64,000 nucleotides of DNA, taken from NCBI GenBank assembly GCA_000004985.1, contig GG738894.1; one strand, written 5' to 3'. Made by a program: the position numbers and the translations under genes. Below the pieces are notes generated by a model. It was not told where the DNA came from. It did not search any database and worked only from the letters and a program-made list of their open reading frames with translations. Below, one piece after another: positions 32,329-42,963 of this stretch. The stretch's first letter is position 1; the number at the start of each line of letters is the position of its first letter. This stretch comes from Naegleria gruberi. Its lineage: Eukaryota.

Positions 32329-32916
32329 TCAATTATCCAATTGATACATCTCTCTATTATTGAATGGAATCAAAGCCAACACAAGAGCCTGTTCGTAATA
32401 GGCAGCTCTCGTAACAATCTCTCTCGTCAACAACCCTACAGCACCTGTTTGTTGCTTTGAATTGTGCTTTTTAAAGACAATATCATTAGCTTCTCCCAAT
32501 TCCTTGCCCTCCTTGATGAGAAGAATAATCTCTGGTGGTAAATAAAAGCTCGATGTTTGTGCCGATGATACATAACCAGTCTTGTTTTCAACAACAACAG
32601 TGAAAGCAGAGGAAGCAACTCGAGTCTCACTCTCAAATTCTATTCCTCCCTCGATACCAACAAAATAGATACCATCAGTGTGGGTGGCTACATCAGTAGA
32701 TGATGTTTCTTGCTCGAGAAAGGCTTTCTGTACATTGAGTGCTCTTGTTGTGGCTCCGTGAAGAGTTTCCTTGTTGGATTTTGGTTGGGCATCAACACCA
32801 GATGGAACAGAGAGAGAACGAAATTCTATGGACGTGTTGTCTGGATAGACTTTGATAAAGGCTTCTTTGGTGCAGCCAACTTTAACTGGATTGGTCGAGC
32901 CAACAATGACGAGCAT
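32329..32916 (-). CDS. YjjX-family (DUF84) non-canonical purine NTP phosphatase (inosine/xanthosine triphosphatase)
   Basis: MLVIVGSTNPVKVGCTKEAF..SGVDAQP...ALIPF parallels E. coli YjjX MHQVVCATTNPAKIQAI..SGVPEQP...ALSPF. 195 aa, intronless. Confidence 0.6.
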   Translation of the reverse strand: MLVIVGSTNPVKVGCTKEAFIKVYPDNTSIEFRSLSVPSGVDAQPKSNKETLHGATTRALNVQKAFLEQETSSTDVATHTDGIYFVGIEGGIEFESETRVASSAFTVVVENKTGYVSSAQTSSFYLPPEIILLIKEGKELGEANDIVFKKHNSKQQTGAVGLLTREIVTRAAYYEQALVLALIPFNNREMYQLDN

Positions 32917-33156
32917 GATGTTGTTGGATTTTTTTTAAAGATTTTAATTAAAAGTTTTTTTCAAAATTGTTCTAACGGTTTCATAAATTTTCACTATTTC
33001 CAAATCTGTTATTAAGGGATCGTAGACTGATTAACTTTCTAACAAAAAATTAATTTCAGCAAGTTTTGGAAGTATATATCTTTCTCATGAAGCCCACTAC
33101 ATGTGTTAGTTTAAATAAGAACACTATGAAAATACAAAAATACAAACTGAAAAAAA

Positions 33157-35920
33157 ATGGAACGAGAACACCGCCCTCAATACAACACTTTGAGCAGCAC
33201 CTCGAATATTACTGAGAATATGTTTGCAAATGATGACTCTTTTGGTGATGACGATTTAAATATGATGGGAGTTGATCGTCAATATTCGGGTTCTAGTAAT
33301 GATAATAGTAATAATGATGAGGAAGAGGCTCGGCAAATTTCATCCTTCCTGAATACAACAGCAGGTTTATCACAAGTAAGGGATAATTCAATTCATTCGG
33401 GGACGGTTGATCCATCATTTGATGATAATTTATCTGATTATGGAGATGAATACTTGGGAGAGGATGTTATGATGCAGACAATGAGACCTAACAGAAATAA
33501 TAAGGAAAACAATGAGGATGAGGATGAAACACTCCTTCAAACAAATTCATATGAATATTCACAGGATAAGGTGGAACAGTTCATCAAAGGAGAAGACTTT
33601 GCTGGTCTATCTAAGGAGATTGAAAAGCTTCTCGAGTCAGATAATGCCACACCTCGTCTTGGAAATCAAACAACAACACCATTGGATAATATTGGAGAAG
33701 AATATGCATCTCTTTCTAACAATAGTTCTCTTCTTCAACAAGAAGGAGAAGGAACAAATGATATGAGCACCACCAATAAGGAATCTTCATCTTTCATCAC
33801 TGATGAAGAAGCAGAAGAGAGATTGAAATCACTTCTAATGAAATTGGACAAGTCAAAAATCTCGGAAACCAACACTAACAGAACGGAAAGCCCTAAACAA
33901 CAATCATCTCAATTCTTTCTTCCTCAACAGGAAAATATCATAACAACCAGAATGCTTCCAGATGCAAATGAATTGTCTATTGAAACAAGATCATCAACCT
34001 CCTCACCTGCAACAACACGAGAAAGTACTCCAAGTAAAAAGATTGAGGAAATTATAGAAAAGTATGAATATTTGGATAGTATTTCTCACAATAGCGATAC
34101 TGTGAAACCTGTTCATTCATCGAGAGAGGATCATCTCTTTGACAAGTATGATGCAAATTATAACAACTTGGATCAAGGGGAAATATCATTGAAAAAGGGT
34201 GAATCTAAAAGACCAGAACTCTTAAGTGCACCGTCTACTCCTTCACTCTCCTCTATAATTAATAATAACATGAATCACAATTTAGAGTTCAGAGAGCAAA
34301 ACATTCTGCCAGAAAAAGAAGTGGAAATTTCAAACATCTCAACTATTTATGAGGAGACCAACGTTAATAATATAATAGAGATGAAACTTGAACCAATTTC
34401 TCAATTGTTAAGGTCAAGTGGATATGCTGGCTTTTTAGGGGAAACTGATATTGTAAAGAGTAAGTTCACAACAATCGTGCAACCAAACAATATTTTAATA
34501 ATATCATTTCAATACGATAGGAATCAAAGAAACATTCCAAATGATGTTAGAAGATATGGAAAGAAAAACTAAAACCATTGAATTACAATCTAAGAATCAA
34601 CAAGAATTTACCAAAACCATGTTGAAATTAAAGCAACAGGTGGAAAAGGCCAATGAAGTTTGTAATCAATACAAGGTTCAACTGGAAAAGAAGGACAATG
34701 AATTGAAAGCATTCAAGGATAACAATCAAGTTAGTAGCAATAAGAATGAGAAGGAAATTTCTCAACTAAAAAAGATGGTTGAAGGAATGACCTCCAAAGT
34801 TTCGCAATACGAGTCAAGCATTACAGTCAAAGATGAGGAGATTAATGATTTGAAAAAGAAACTTTACCAAATTGTATCAAAAGAAGAAACTAAGCGAATT
34901 AATGCGATGAATATATTCAGTCAAGCCAATAAGAGAAAGCCTACAACTAAAACAGACTTGAAAGAAATTGATATCATTTCAATGTATGAAGAGCAGAGAA
35001 CACAACTGAAGAGAGAAGTTGCATTCCTTAAAACCGAGATACAGAGACTCAATGAAAGTGAAGTGCAAAATCAAAATGGCTCAGAAATTGTTCATAAGAA
35101 TGAGGAGCAAATCAAAAAATTAATCGCTCAAACGAGGATGGAACGAGAACGATATTCCAAGTTGGAGGCCGAATTTAATGCCGTTCAACAAAAACTAAGT
35201 GCACTATCGAATCAGAACCAAAGAGTGATAGCAAATCTTGAAGAGGAGAATTCCAGACTTTTGAATGAGCTAAAAGGAAGACCTCACGCTGAAGACTTTG
35301 AGAATCTCAGACAAAGGAGCGAACTAATTAGAAAGGAGCTTATTATGAAGAACAAGGAACTGACAGAATTGAAAAAAACTACAGACAAGTCTGCAGTCCT
35401 TTCTATACCCGGAGGGAAATGGTCTAACACTAAAGAGGAAGCCTCCTCAAAAAAGAAGAAAACCACTGACAATGTCTCTCTCCAAACCTCTTTCGAGAAA
35501 GAAGATCAGAAAGATCTCTCTATCTACAAGGATATTATTCAAGAAGTTTGTAAAATTCTAAACATCTCAGACGTGAGTGGACTTGTGGCCTCCCTCCAAA
35601 AGATGGTTTCAATTGTGAAGGCTGTACCAAAAATGGAAAAGTTTATTTGCGAGATTTGTGATATTTGTAAAAAGGGAACTGTGGATCTGGGCCACGAAAT
35701 TGATCTAAAACCAAAGGTGATTGCTCCATTGTTGGGATATTGGATTGAAAAATTGAGGGAAAATCAGGAAATGGAAAAGGAAATTGCTCAACTTTTGAAT
35801 AATAGACAAGGTAAAGAACCAATAGATTATTCCGATCCTGATTACAAGGAATTGAAGAGACAAATATTGACATCAGTTGCAGAGTTGGTGAGTTACGAGT
35901 CCAATCAACAGACTCAATAA
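33157..35920 (+). CDS. Acidic low-complexity protein with a C-terminal coiled-coil, two exons
   Basis: ORFs 33157-34572 and 34541-35920 are joined by a 61-nt GTAAGT...AG intron (34460-34520) that restores frame (..DIVK|RIKETFQMMLEDMERKT..). N-terminal D/E/N/S-rich region; C-terminal long heptad-rich K/E/L region. Confidence 0.55.
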
Positions 35921-35931
35921 ATCACCAACAA

Positions 35932-36642
35932 TTAATACTTTCTAGGTCTGCCTCTACTTCTCTTGGGTTTCAGACTATTCATCAATTGCTCTTCCCTGTA
36001 GGATTCCATGGTGTGATTCACAAGCTGCAAGTTTCCGTTTAATGTTGAAATATTTTGAGAGTAGGTTGATGAGCTATTTGTCGGTGATTGAATTATAAGG
36101 GGAGGTGGAGGGAAAGATGATTTTCTGGCTCTTTTTTGACTTGCGGTCTTGGTTGGTTTGGAAATTAAACTGTCTTTTCTGTACATGGGAACTGGTAATA
36201 TTATTTCTTGTTTGTTTTCATTAGATGGAGTGGTTTGAACGACATGATTAGTATTTAAACAAGAGGGGAATTGATCTAATGAAAATTGTCCTTGAACTGG
36301 ATTAATAGATATCGAAGTGATGGGAGAAGGAGAATTGAAATTTGAAACTTCTGAGTGTGGAATGAATTCAGTTTGAGCTACCATTTGTTGATTAGAAGAG
36401 GTATGATAGCTTAGAAAAGTTGGAGAGCTACAAACTTGATTGGATATTTCACTTGACGTGTTTTCATCTGATCTGTTAATAAGCGAAATGTAAATCTTCA
36501 ACAGTGAAAAAAACAATTCACTGTCTGCCTCTTGCTGTTGCATGCAATTGTAATTATTGGACATTTTTTTGTTATGGATTAGGTTTTTAATCGTGTTGAT
36601 GGTTTTAAGAGTGAGGAGAATGGTTACCATACCAATCAACAA
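35932..36642 (-). CDS. AT-hook-containing nuclear protein (paralog B)
   Basis: Ends ...TMESYREEQLMNSLKPKRSRGRPRKY, a GRP AT-hook core. S/N/Q-rich body. Confidence 0.45.
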   Translation of the reverse strand: MLIGMVTILLTLKTINTIKNLIHNKKMSNNYNCMQQQEADSELFFSLLKIYISLINRSDENTSSEISNQVCSSPTFLSYHTSSNQQMVAQTEFIPHSEVSNFNSPSPITSISINPVQGQFSLDQFPSCLNTNHVVQTTPSNENKQEIILPVPMYRKDSLISKPTKTASQKRARKSSFPPPPLIIQSPTNSSSTYSQNISTLNGNLQLVNHTMESYREEQLMNSLKPKRSRGRPRKY

Positions 36643-36770
36643 AGAGATATTCCTAATGAAGAGGATAGTTTTACCATTCTATTATATATCTCTAAATCTA
36701 GAATATCATCTTCAAATAAGTATACTCGAACATTGACATTTATAATATTCAAACAAATGAAATTGAATAT

Positions 36771-37497
36771 TTAATTCTTCCTGGGTCTTCCTCTTCCACG
36801 TTTAGGTCTATTCAAGTTCTTTTTCATTTCCTCCCTGTAAGAATCCATTGTTACAACAGAGAGTTTAATTCCATTTTCGTTTTCATTTAACTTTTGGGTC
36901 TGATCTACTATGATTTTTGAACTTGATGTACTAGAACTTGATGAAGATGATGTAGATGATACTGATCGAACTCTGGACATGATGTTTTGATTATTTCTCG
37001 ATTTGATTTTGGCAGGCTTAATAATTTTTTGTTCATGTGAAAAATTGGTAGATGTTGATGCATGTTGCGAAACATGATGTTTCTGTTAAGGTAAAGAATA
37101 CATGTACACATGTCGAACTACTTACATGTACATCATGCATGATTTCTTGGGATGTTTCAATAATTTCACATTTCGAAATTCCATTCTTTTCTGAAAGAAC
37201 TATTCTCATCATGGGTTTTGTCTTGGATGTAGAAGATTCATCAACAGCATGTTGTTGCTGAACTGACGCTTTGGTATTTTCAACACAAATAAGGCCTTCT
37301 ACATGTTCGTTTGTGCTATTCTGCCTCAGCATCCATTGTTGTTCCTGCTGTTCTTGTTGATATTGTCGATGAGCCAACATTTGTTCCTGTTGTTGCTGTA
37401 AAGCATATAATTGAAGCAAGATTTGCATGTTATTTTCACTTGGTTCATCACTGTTGTTGTTTTGAGATATTGATGATGAGGTATTGTTGTTAAACAT
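36771..37497 (-). CDS. AT-hook-containing nuclear protein (paralog A), two exons
   Basis: Exon 1 from ATG 37497 (MFNNNTSSSISQNNN..., Q-rich). A 43-nt GTAAGT...AACAG intron at about 37107-37149. Exon 2 ends ...TMDSYREEMKKNLNRPKRGRGRPRKN, the same C-terminal module as the adjacent gene. Confidence 0.5.
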
Positions 37498-38120
37498 TTT
37501 TTAAGGTTTTTTCTCAACTGAAAGCTTCTCTAGGATTAAAGAAATGGTAGATTCGTTCCTTGTCCACAAAATTTCTAATTAAGGATATCGAATTTTGCTT
37601 AAATGCATTATGGGTTGTGCTTTTCACCTTAATAGAACAACATGCACCACCGCGTTTGAACGTACATCGCAGAAATGGCAGATTCGCACCGTGCGTCTTA
37701 TAACACCGTATTTCAACCCTAATTTGACTTTTTGTGCTGAGTCAAACCCACAAGAAATACGCAGTTGTGAACTCTAAGGTTTTGTTAAGAAACTATTTTT
37801 TAAGAACAATTCCAAGAGTCTTTCTTTTCCTTAGTTTTCCTCAAGGAAAAAACTGAAGAGACACATGCTGTGCACAATTATTCAGGGAAATTTGACTTGA
37901 ATAATTTTGTTCGTCGGCCATTAGTAACCAAGTTCGTCATTTGCTTGTACAAATGCTTGTAGTGATAATGTGGAAGACTCGCTGAAACGAGAACAATCCA
38001 AATCAATACACCAAACTCTTTTTCCCCTTTGATTATTTTTGAAAATCAATTAAGGTCAAAGAAATAGTAATATTTTCCCAACAATAACAAATTGATATCA
38101 CAATTGAAAGGCAAAAAAAA

Positions 38121-38420
38121 GATTTTCACTGCTGGGTTTCATCGCTGTTGTTGGTTAGAGATATTGATGAGGAGTATCTTTAAACATTTTTTTTCTCACT
38201 TTTGAAAGATACTCCACCACAGAACTACAGAATATTAAGAATATTCATTCTCCACCACAGGAATACACAGAATATATTGTGGTGGATTCTCTTTCATGAA
38301 TAATTCATTTTTGGATTGTGCGTCTCACCTTAATGGATTTAGATCACATATAGAGTGTTGTGAAATGATCGTGGCTTGAATCATCTGTAAATAATCAGAG
38401 GTCTTTCTATTTCTGCTTCT
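38121..38420. repeat. Degenerate segmental duplicate of 37440-37800. It copies the 5' end and upstream region of AT-hook gene A.
   Basis: 38131-38190 (ttcatcgctgttgttggttagagatattgatgaggagtatctttaaacattttttt) is about 80% identical to 37445-37500. 38300-38340 (ggattgtgcgtctcaccttaatgg) matches 37610-37635 (gggttgtgcttttcaccttaatag). The copy has an in-frame stop. Confidence 0.5.
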
Positions 38421-38922
38421 GAATCATTTTCTGTGTTTGAGAATTTTTACACTACCTTTTAGCGACGATTATTTGATTGTTCTATGACACTTTTCTTCTC
38501 TCTCTGAATAGATTGATCGAGAGGGTATGAATTGTTGGATACTTTTAGATCATTTGAGTGGGACTTCTTAACAGATGACACTGTCATCAACTGAGTCATT
38601 CACATATAAAAGTTTCCATTGGATTGGTCGAGTATAACTCTGAAAGTTTCATCAATCCTTAAAATTGTGTATTTTTTTATAGTGATTGTGTGTTTCGTTT
38701 TCCTTAAACCGATTCAATATATTGATGGATGAACAAACAAAAGGAAAATGAACCAGGAGGTAAATAAAATTGTATTTAATTCACAATCTGATCTGACGTT
38801 AGGTTGAATAACGGCCCCTCTTCTTTGAAGATACCAGAGATGGTGAAAAACCTTCAGCACATGTCAAAAATCTCTCTCAGCAAGTTTCCCTCAACTCAAA
38901 CAGTTAAATTAATTTAAAAAAA

Positions 38923-41127
38923 ATGAAAACATTCCTCTCTAAACATTCCTTGCTGCCATCAAAATCAACGACAGGTGGCAGCACTGGTAAATCAAATCAA
39001 GACATGGCAAATTCAAAAACCGAATTAGAAGAAGCAACTATCGAAAGTGCACTTCATGATCCGAAATTACTAACTGTTGGTTCCGAACCTTCCATGAGTA
39101 AACAAATTTCCAAATCTCAAGGTCAATTCGATGATGGAATTTTGAAACGAGCCGAAAAGAGTTTTGGAGGTTTTTTCAAAGCATTGAGGAATGAGAAGGA
39201 TGACAATCAGAAAAAGAAGAAACCAAACAAATTTTCCAACTCTCTGCATAATATAAACAAGATGACTGATGACGTGACTAGTCCAAAAACAAGTCAACCT
39301 AATTTACAAAAGAATGGTACTGGTTCATTTCTCACTCTTCCCAATTTAAAAGCACCAGATGATCAGAGATTAAGTATTACATCTTATGACAGTAGTTGTC
39401 ATTCAATGAGTCAGGGAAATTTAGAAGAATTGTCTCCATCACCAAATGCTCAATATTTTCATAAGAGAAGAGAAGGGGAGAAATCATTGGATGATTTGTC
39501 GCCAGATGTATTGGGGTATATCATTAGCTTTTTGCCATCTAACTTGGAAATTGTTAAGGAATATTATAGAGATTCGTATAGTCAATTATTAGAAATTAGA
39601 AAGAGAGCTAAACTTTCAATGAATGGAAAGAATAAGATTGAAGCGATTAATAGCAAACAAAAGAAGGCTCTCAAAAAGTTGCTCTATTCTAAAAAGGAAG
39701 CAACTCGATCTTTTGGTGTATTTTCACTTTGTTTTACGAAACGATATTTCTATGAAGAGTTATTCGAAAGGGTTTCATTCTGGCAAAGTTTATGTGAGGT
39801 TTGTAACAGGATTGACTTGAGAAGTTGGGATTCTTTCTGTCAAAAAGTTGATCAATCACATGATGATAAGGAACAAATTGACATGTGGCAGAATATTTAC
39901 AGATATTACAATGAATTTTCTGCCAGATGGGAAATTCATCCAGATTTTGTGCATTCAGTATTCAAGATTTCTCAAAATGATTTGAAAATTAAGAGAAGTT
40001 CCAAAAAGTCAAAACTCAACTCAAGTCATCTTGGACACTTGATTGAATATAAGGATGAATTCAAGAGCTTGTTGAATACAGGTTCCAAAAAAGATTCATT
40101 ATGTGCCATTTCATCCAATTCATTCACTCCTGGTAACTTGTACTATATAGAATGTGAATGCAAGTTTAGTTCAATTTCTTCAAGATTAGCCATAGGTATC
40201 ATGCCAGATACAGATTGTTTCTTTAAGGAGCATCAAGATCCAACAGCTCACAATATGGACTATTCCTTCACCAGCTTTGATGACACAACCTCTCCATTGA
40301 AGAACATTTGCAGAAACTCTCTCAATATGGCTCAAAACATTTCACTCAACTTGTCCAATGTTCATTCACCATTCAATCCAAAAGAATACACCTCTCCTGA
40401 TATGCTCTGTCTCTCCATGCTTGAGAATATGGAAGATTCCCAACTCTTCCTCTCAGGAGACAAGATTAGTATCATTATCGACTATGCCCACACTGAAAAG
40501 AATGTTCTCAAATTGTACTATTGTAACAATTGGGATAGCTCAAAAGAAAGGACTACCTTTGCAAAATCCATCGAGAGAATTAAACTTTACGATAGGACAA
40601 GAGCTGAAGGTCAATTCGCTAATTATCTTCCTCAAAATTTAGCTCTCCAAGATGATAAGGTGTTGAATTACTTGATTAAGGATGAAATTTCACAAATTCA
40701 AAAGGAATGTAAAAAGAATTCTTCAACAACAACAACCACAGAAGACAATGTCAATCAATCATTTGAAGATAGAATTAGTGAACCATTCAAAAAGTACAGT
40801 TCCAGACATGTTTATTTCCTTTCCAAATATAGAAATTCCACAGAACAAAATTATCAATATCCGAAAGGATATAAATCACATGCAAGACGTGAAATTATTT
40901 CATTTTTCAAAGTTGATGAAAAGAATGAAAGTTCACATCCAATCAAATCTTTGAGTTCTGCATTTGATCCGACTAGGGAACGTCCAACTATTTGTACAGC
41001 TGACTTGTACTTGCCAAATATCAAACTTTGCATGTCAAGTCAAGAAGTTGGAGATTCTGTCAAGATTGTGAAACCTTCACTTCCTTATCCACCTTTCTTT
41101 TATCATTTATTATCACAAAAAGAATAA
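38923..41127 (+). CDS. Large hypothetical protein (734 aa) with an F-box-like segment. Intronless.
   Basis: ATG in an A-rich context. LSPDVLGYIISFLPSNLEIVKEYY resembles an F-box. The remainder is S/N/K-rich with no recognisable domain. Confidence 0.45.
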   Translation: MKTFLSKHSLLPSKSTTGGSTGKSNQDMANSKTELEEATIESALHDPKLLTVGSEPSMSKQISKSQGQFDDGILKRAEKSFGGFFKALRNEKDDNQKKKKPNKFSNSLHNINKMTDDVTSPKTSQPNLQKNGTGSFLTLPNLKAPDDQRLSITSYDSSCHSMSQGNLEELSPSPNAQYFHKRREGEKSLDDLSPDVLGYIISFLPSNLEIVKEYYRDSYSQLLEIRKRAKLSMNGKNKIEAINSKQKKALKKLLYSKKEATRSFGVFSLCFTKRYFYEELFERVSFWQSLCEVCNRIDLRSWDSFCQKVDQSHDDKEQIDMWQNIYRYYNEFSARWEIHPDFVHSVFKISQNDLKIKRSSKKSKLNSSHLGHLIEYKDEFKSLLNTGSKKDSLCAISSNSFTPGNLYYIECECKFSSISSRLAIGIMPDTDCFFKEHQDPTAHNMDYSFTSFDDTTSPLKNICRNSLNMAQNISLNLSNVHSPFNPKEYTSPDMLCLSMLENMEDSQLFLSGDKISIIIDYAHTEKNVLKLYYCNNWDSSKERTTFAKSIERIKLYDRTRAEGQFANYLPQNLALQDDKVLNYLIKDEISQIQKECKKNSSTTTTTEDNVNQSFEDRISEPFKKYSSRHVYFLSKYRNSTEQNYQYPKGYKSHARREIISFFKVDEKNESSHPIKSLSSAFDPTRERPTICTADLYLPNIKLCMSSQEVGDSVKIVKPSLPYPPFFYHLLSQKE

Positions 41128-41296
41128 GAAACCTAACTAATCTAACCATGTTGAACTCACTAACTTTATAACTCAAATAACAAACTCACCACAACTTAAT
41201 AAAAACCTCAATCTAACCCTTCAAATATTCAGTCTCTTTATATCATAATCTAACCGAAATAACCAACAAAAACAATCAAAAAACAAAACAAAAGAA

Positions 41297-42163
41297 ATGC
41301 CACAACTTGAAGTTCACGTAATTAAGGGCGTAAATTTACCCAAGATGGATGTTGGAATTGGCGCCAAAAGTGATCCCTACGTTGTGATGAAGATTGGCAA
41401 GTGCAAACATCAAACCACCATTAAGAAGAATACTTTAGATCCGATCTATAATGAAACCTTCCTCTTTACCTTTGAAAATAAGGGAGAGGCTACCACCTCC
41501 GCTACCAAATTAAAATTACAAATGTTTGATTATGATAAGTTAACAAAGGATGATAAGATGGGAAAGGCTAGTATTGTTCTGAGTGGATTAAAGAAGGGAG
41601 AAGTAACCAAGCATACTATCAAGATTGGTCCGAAGGGAAATTTACTTATTGAATTGAGAGCCTTAGATTTTGGTTTGAGTGCTGATGATGATGATATTGA
41701 ACAAGATATTAAGAAGGCTTGTTATTATTACTTTAAAACACCAGTTGATGAGCAGGGAAATAACAATGAAATGGAATCAGAGGCCATTCAAAGTGCAGCT
41801 TTTGATGAGAAATTAATTGCTAATTATTTAGAGTGGCAAATTCAAACGCCCGATGATGAAATCACAACCTTTGTCAGATCTTCATTGGTGAATGGTGGTT
41901 GGTTCAGAGTGATGAAAGGCCAAATAGATGACAATTACTACTATTACAAGTATGCTGGAATTAATGATGAAGGTTTTGAGGAGTATGATCAAGCCACTGA
42001 AGAGGAATTGACAGATTTGGATAATGATATGAAACAGTGGAAGTTAGAGATGGAATATCAAGTCGATGAAAGTGAAAGGAAACAATTGTATTTTGTGACT
42101 GAATATTTGGATAGTGCCACTGGAGAATATTATGCTGTCTATTCTGATAAGCAACATCTATAA
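41297..42163 (+). CDS. C2-domain protein (Ca2+/lipid-binding fold), 288 aa
   Basis: MPQLEVHVIKGVNLPKMDVGIGAKSDPYVVMKIG...TLDPIYNETF...LKLQMFDYDKLTKDDKMG is a canonical C2 beta-sandwich signature. Confidence 0.65.
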   Translation: MPQLEVHVIKGVNLPKMDVGIGAKSDPYVVMKIGKCKHQTTIKKNTLDPIYNETFLFTFENKGEATTSATKLKLQMFDYDKLTKDDKMGKASIVLSGLKKGEVTKHTIKIGPKGNLLIELRALDFGLSADDDDIEQDIKKACYYYFKTPVDEQGNNNEMESEAIQSAAFDEKLIANYLEWQIQTPDDEITTFVRSSLVNGGWFRVMKGQIDDNYYYYKYAGINDEGFEEYDQATEEELTDLDNDMKQWKLEMEYQVDESERKQLYFVTEYLDSATGEYYAVYSDKQHL

Positions 42164-42963
42164 ATTGTTATCAAATTAAATTGTTGAAGTTGACTTTGTT
42201 GGTGTCACGTTAAGAACTTAAAAGTGACCAATCTACAGATAATAGCTTAATAGATGGGTATTATACAACAGCGAACTGTACAGTAATAGTTCAATGATTA
42301 GTTGTGAAAAGAATCACGGATAAAGATGATTCTCGACGAAAGCTTGCCATCTTTTTAACACAATGGCAAGTCAATCTACCAATTCCACACTGAAATATAA
42401 CATTGTTATCGGTTCGAATAGATTAGGAAGGTATATGTCAGATGCAAAAGTTACTTTCCAAATAAATAAGAAATGCAAGTTCTATAATGAGCTACTAGTT
42501 GACTTAGATGAATTCGAAATTAGCCACCCATTTGTTTTTGGACCCACAGTATTTGATGTTGGATCTTTCTTTCTCGAGCCTTTATTGTTCTCCTTCTCAA
42601 TTTTTACAGGTTTCTAATAAATATATCATCTCTTTCGAATAGGTTTTAGAGACATTTCTACCTCATCTCCATGAATGTATCTTTGAATAAAAGCCCATTT
42701 TTATGTTTCTCTGATTCAGGGTGATGTGTTTCTTGATTTTATTTTCATAAAGTTATGTCAGTTTGCAAACGCCAAATAAAATCACCTTGATCCTAATTTG
42801 GAATACTGACAAGTGACTGGGCATGAAAATGCATGACTTAGTTGGCTGACCAGCATCAAAAGCAATCACTTAGTTTCCTTTTGAAATGTTTTAAAGTCTC
42901 CAACAATACACAATACAAAAAAACAACATTACATTTATTCGAAACAATAGTTTATTAGAAAGT

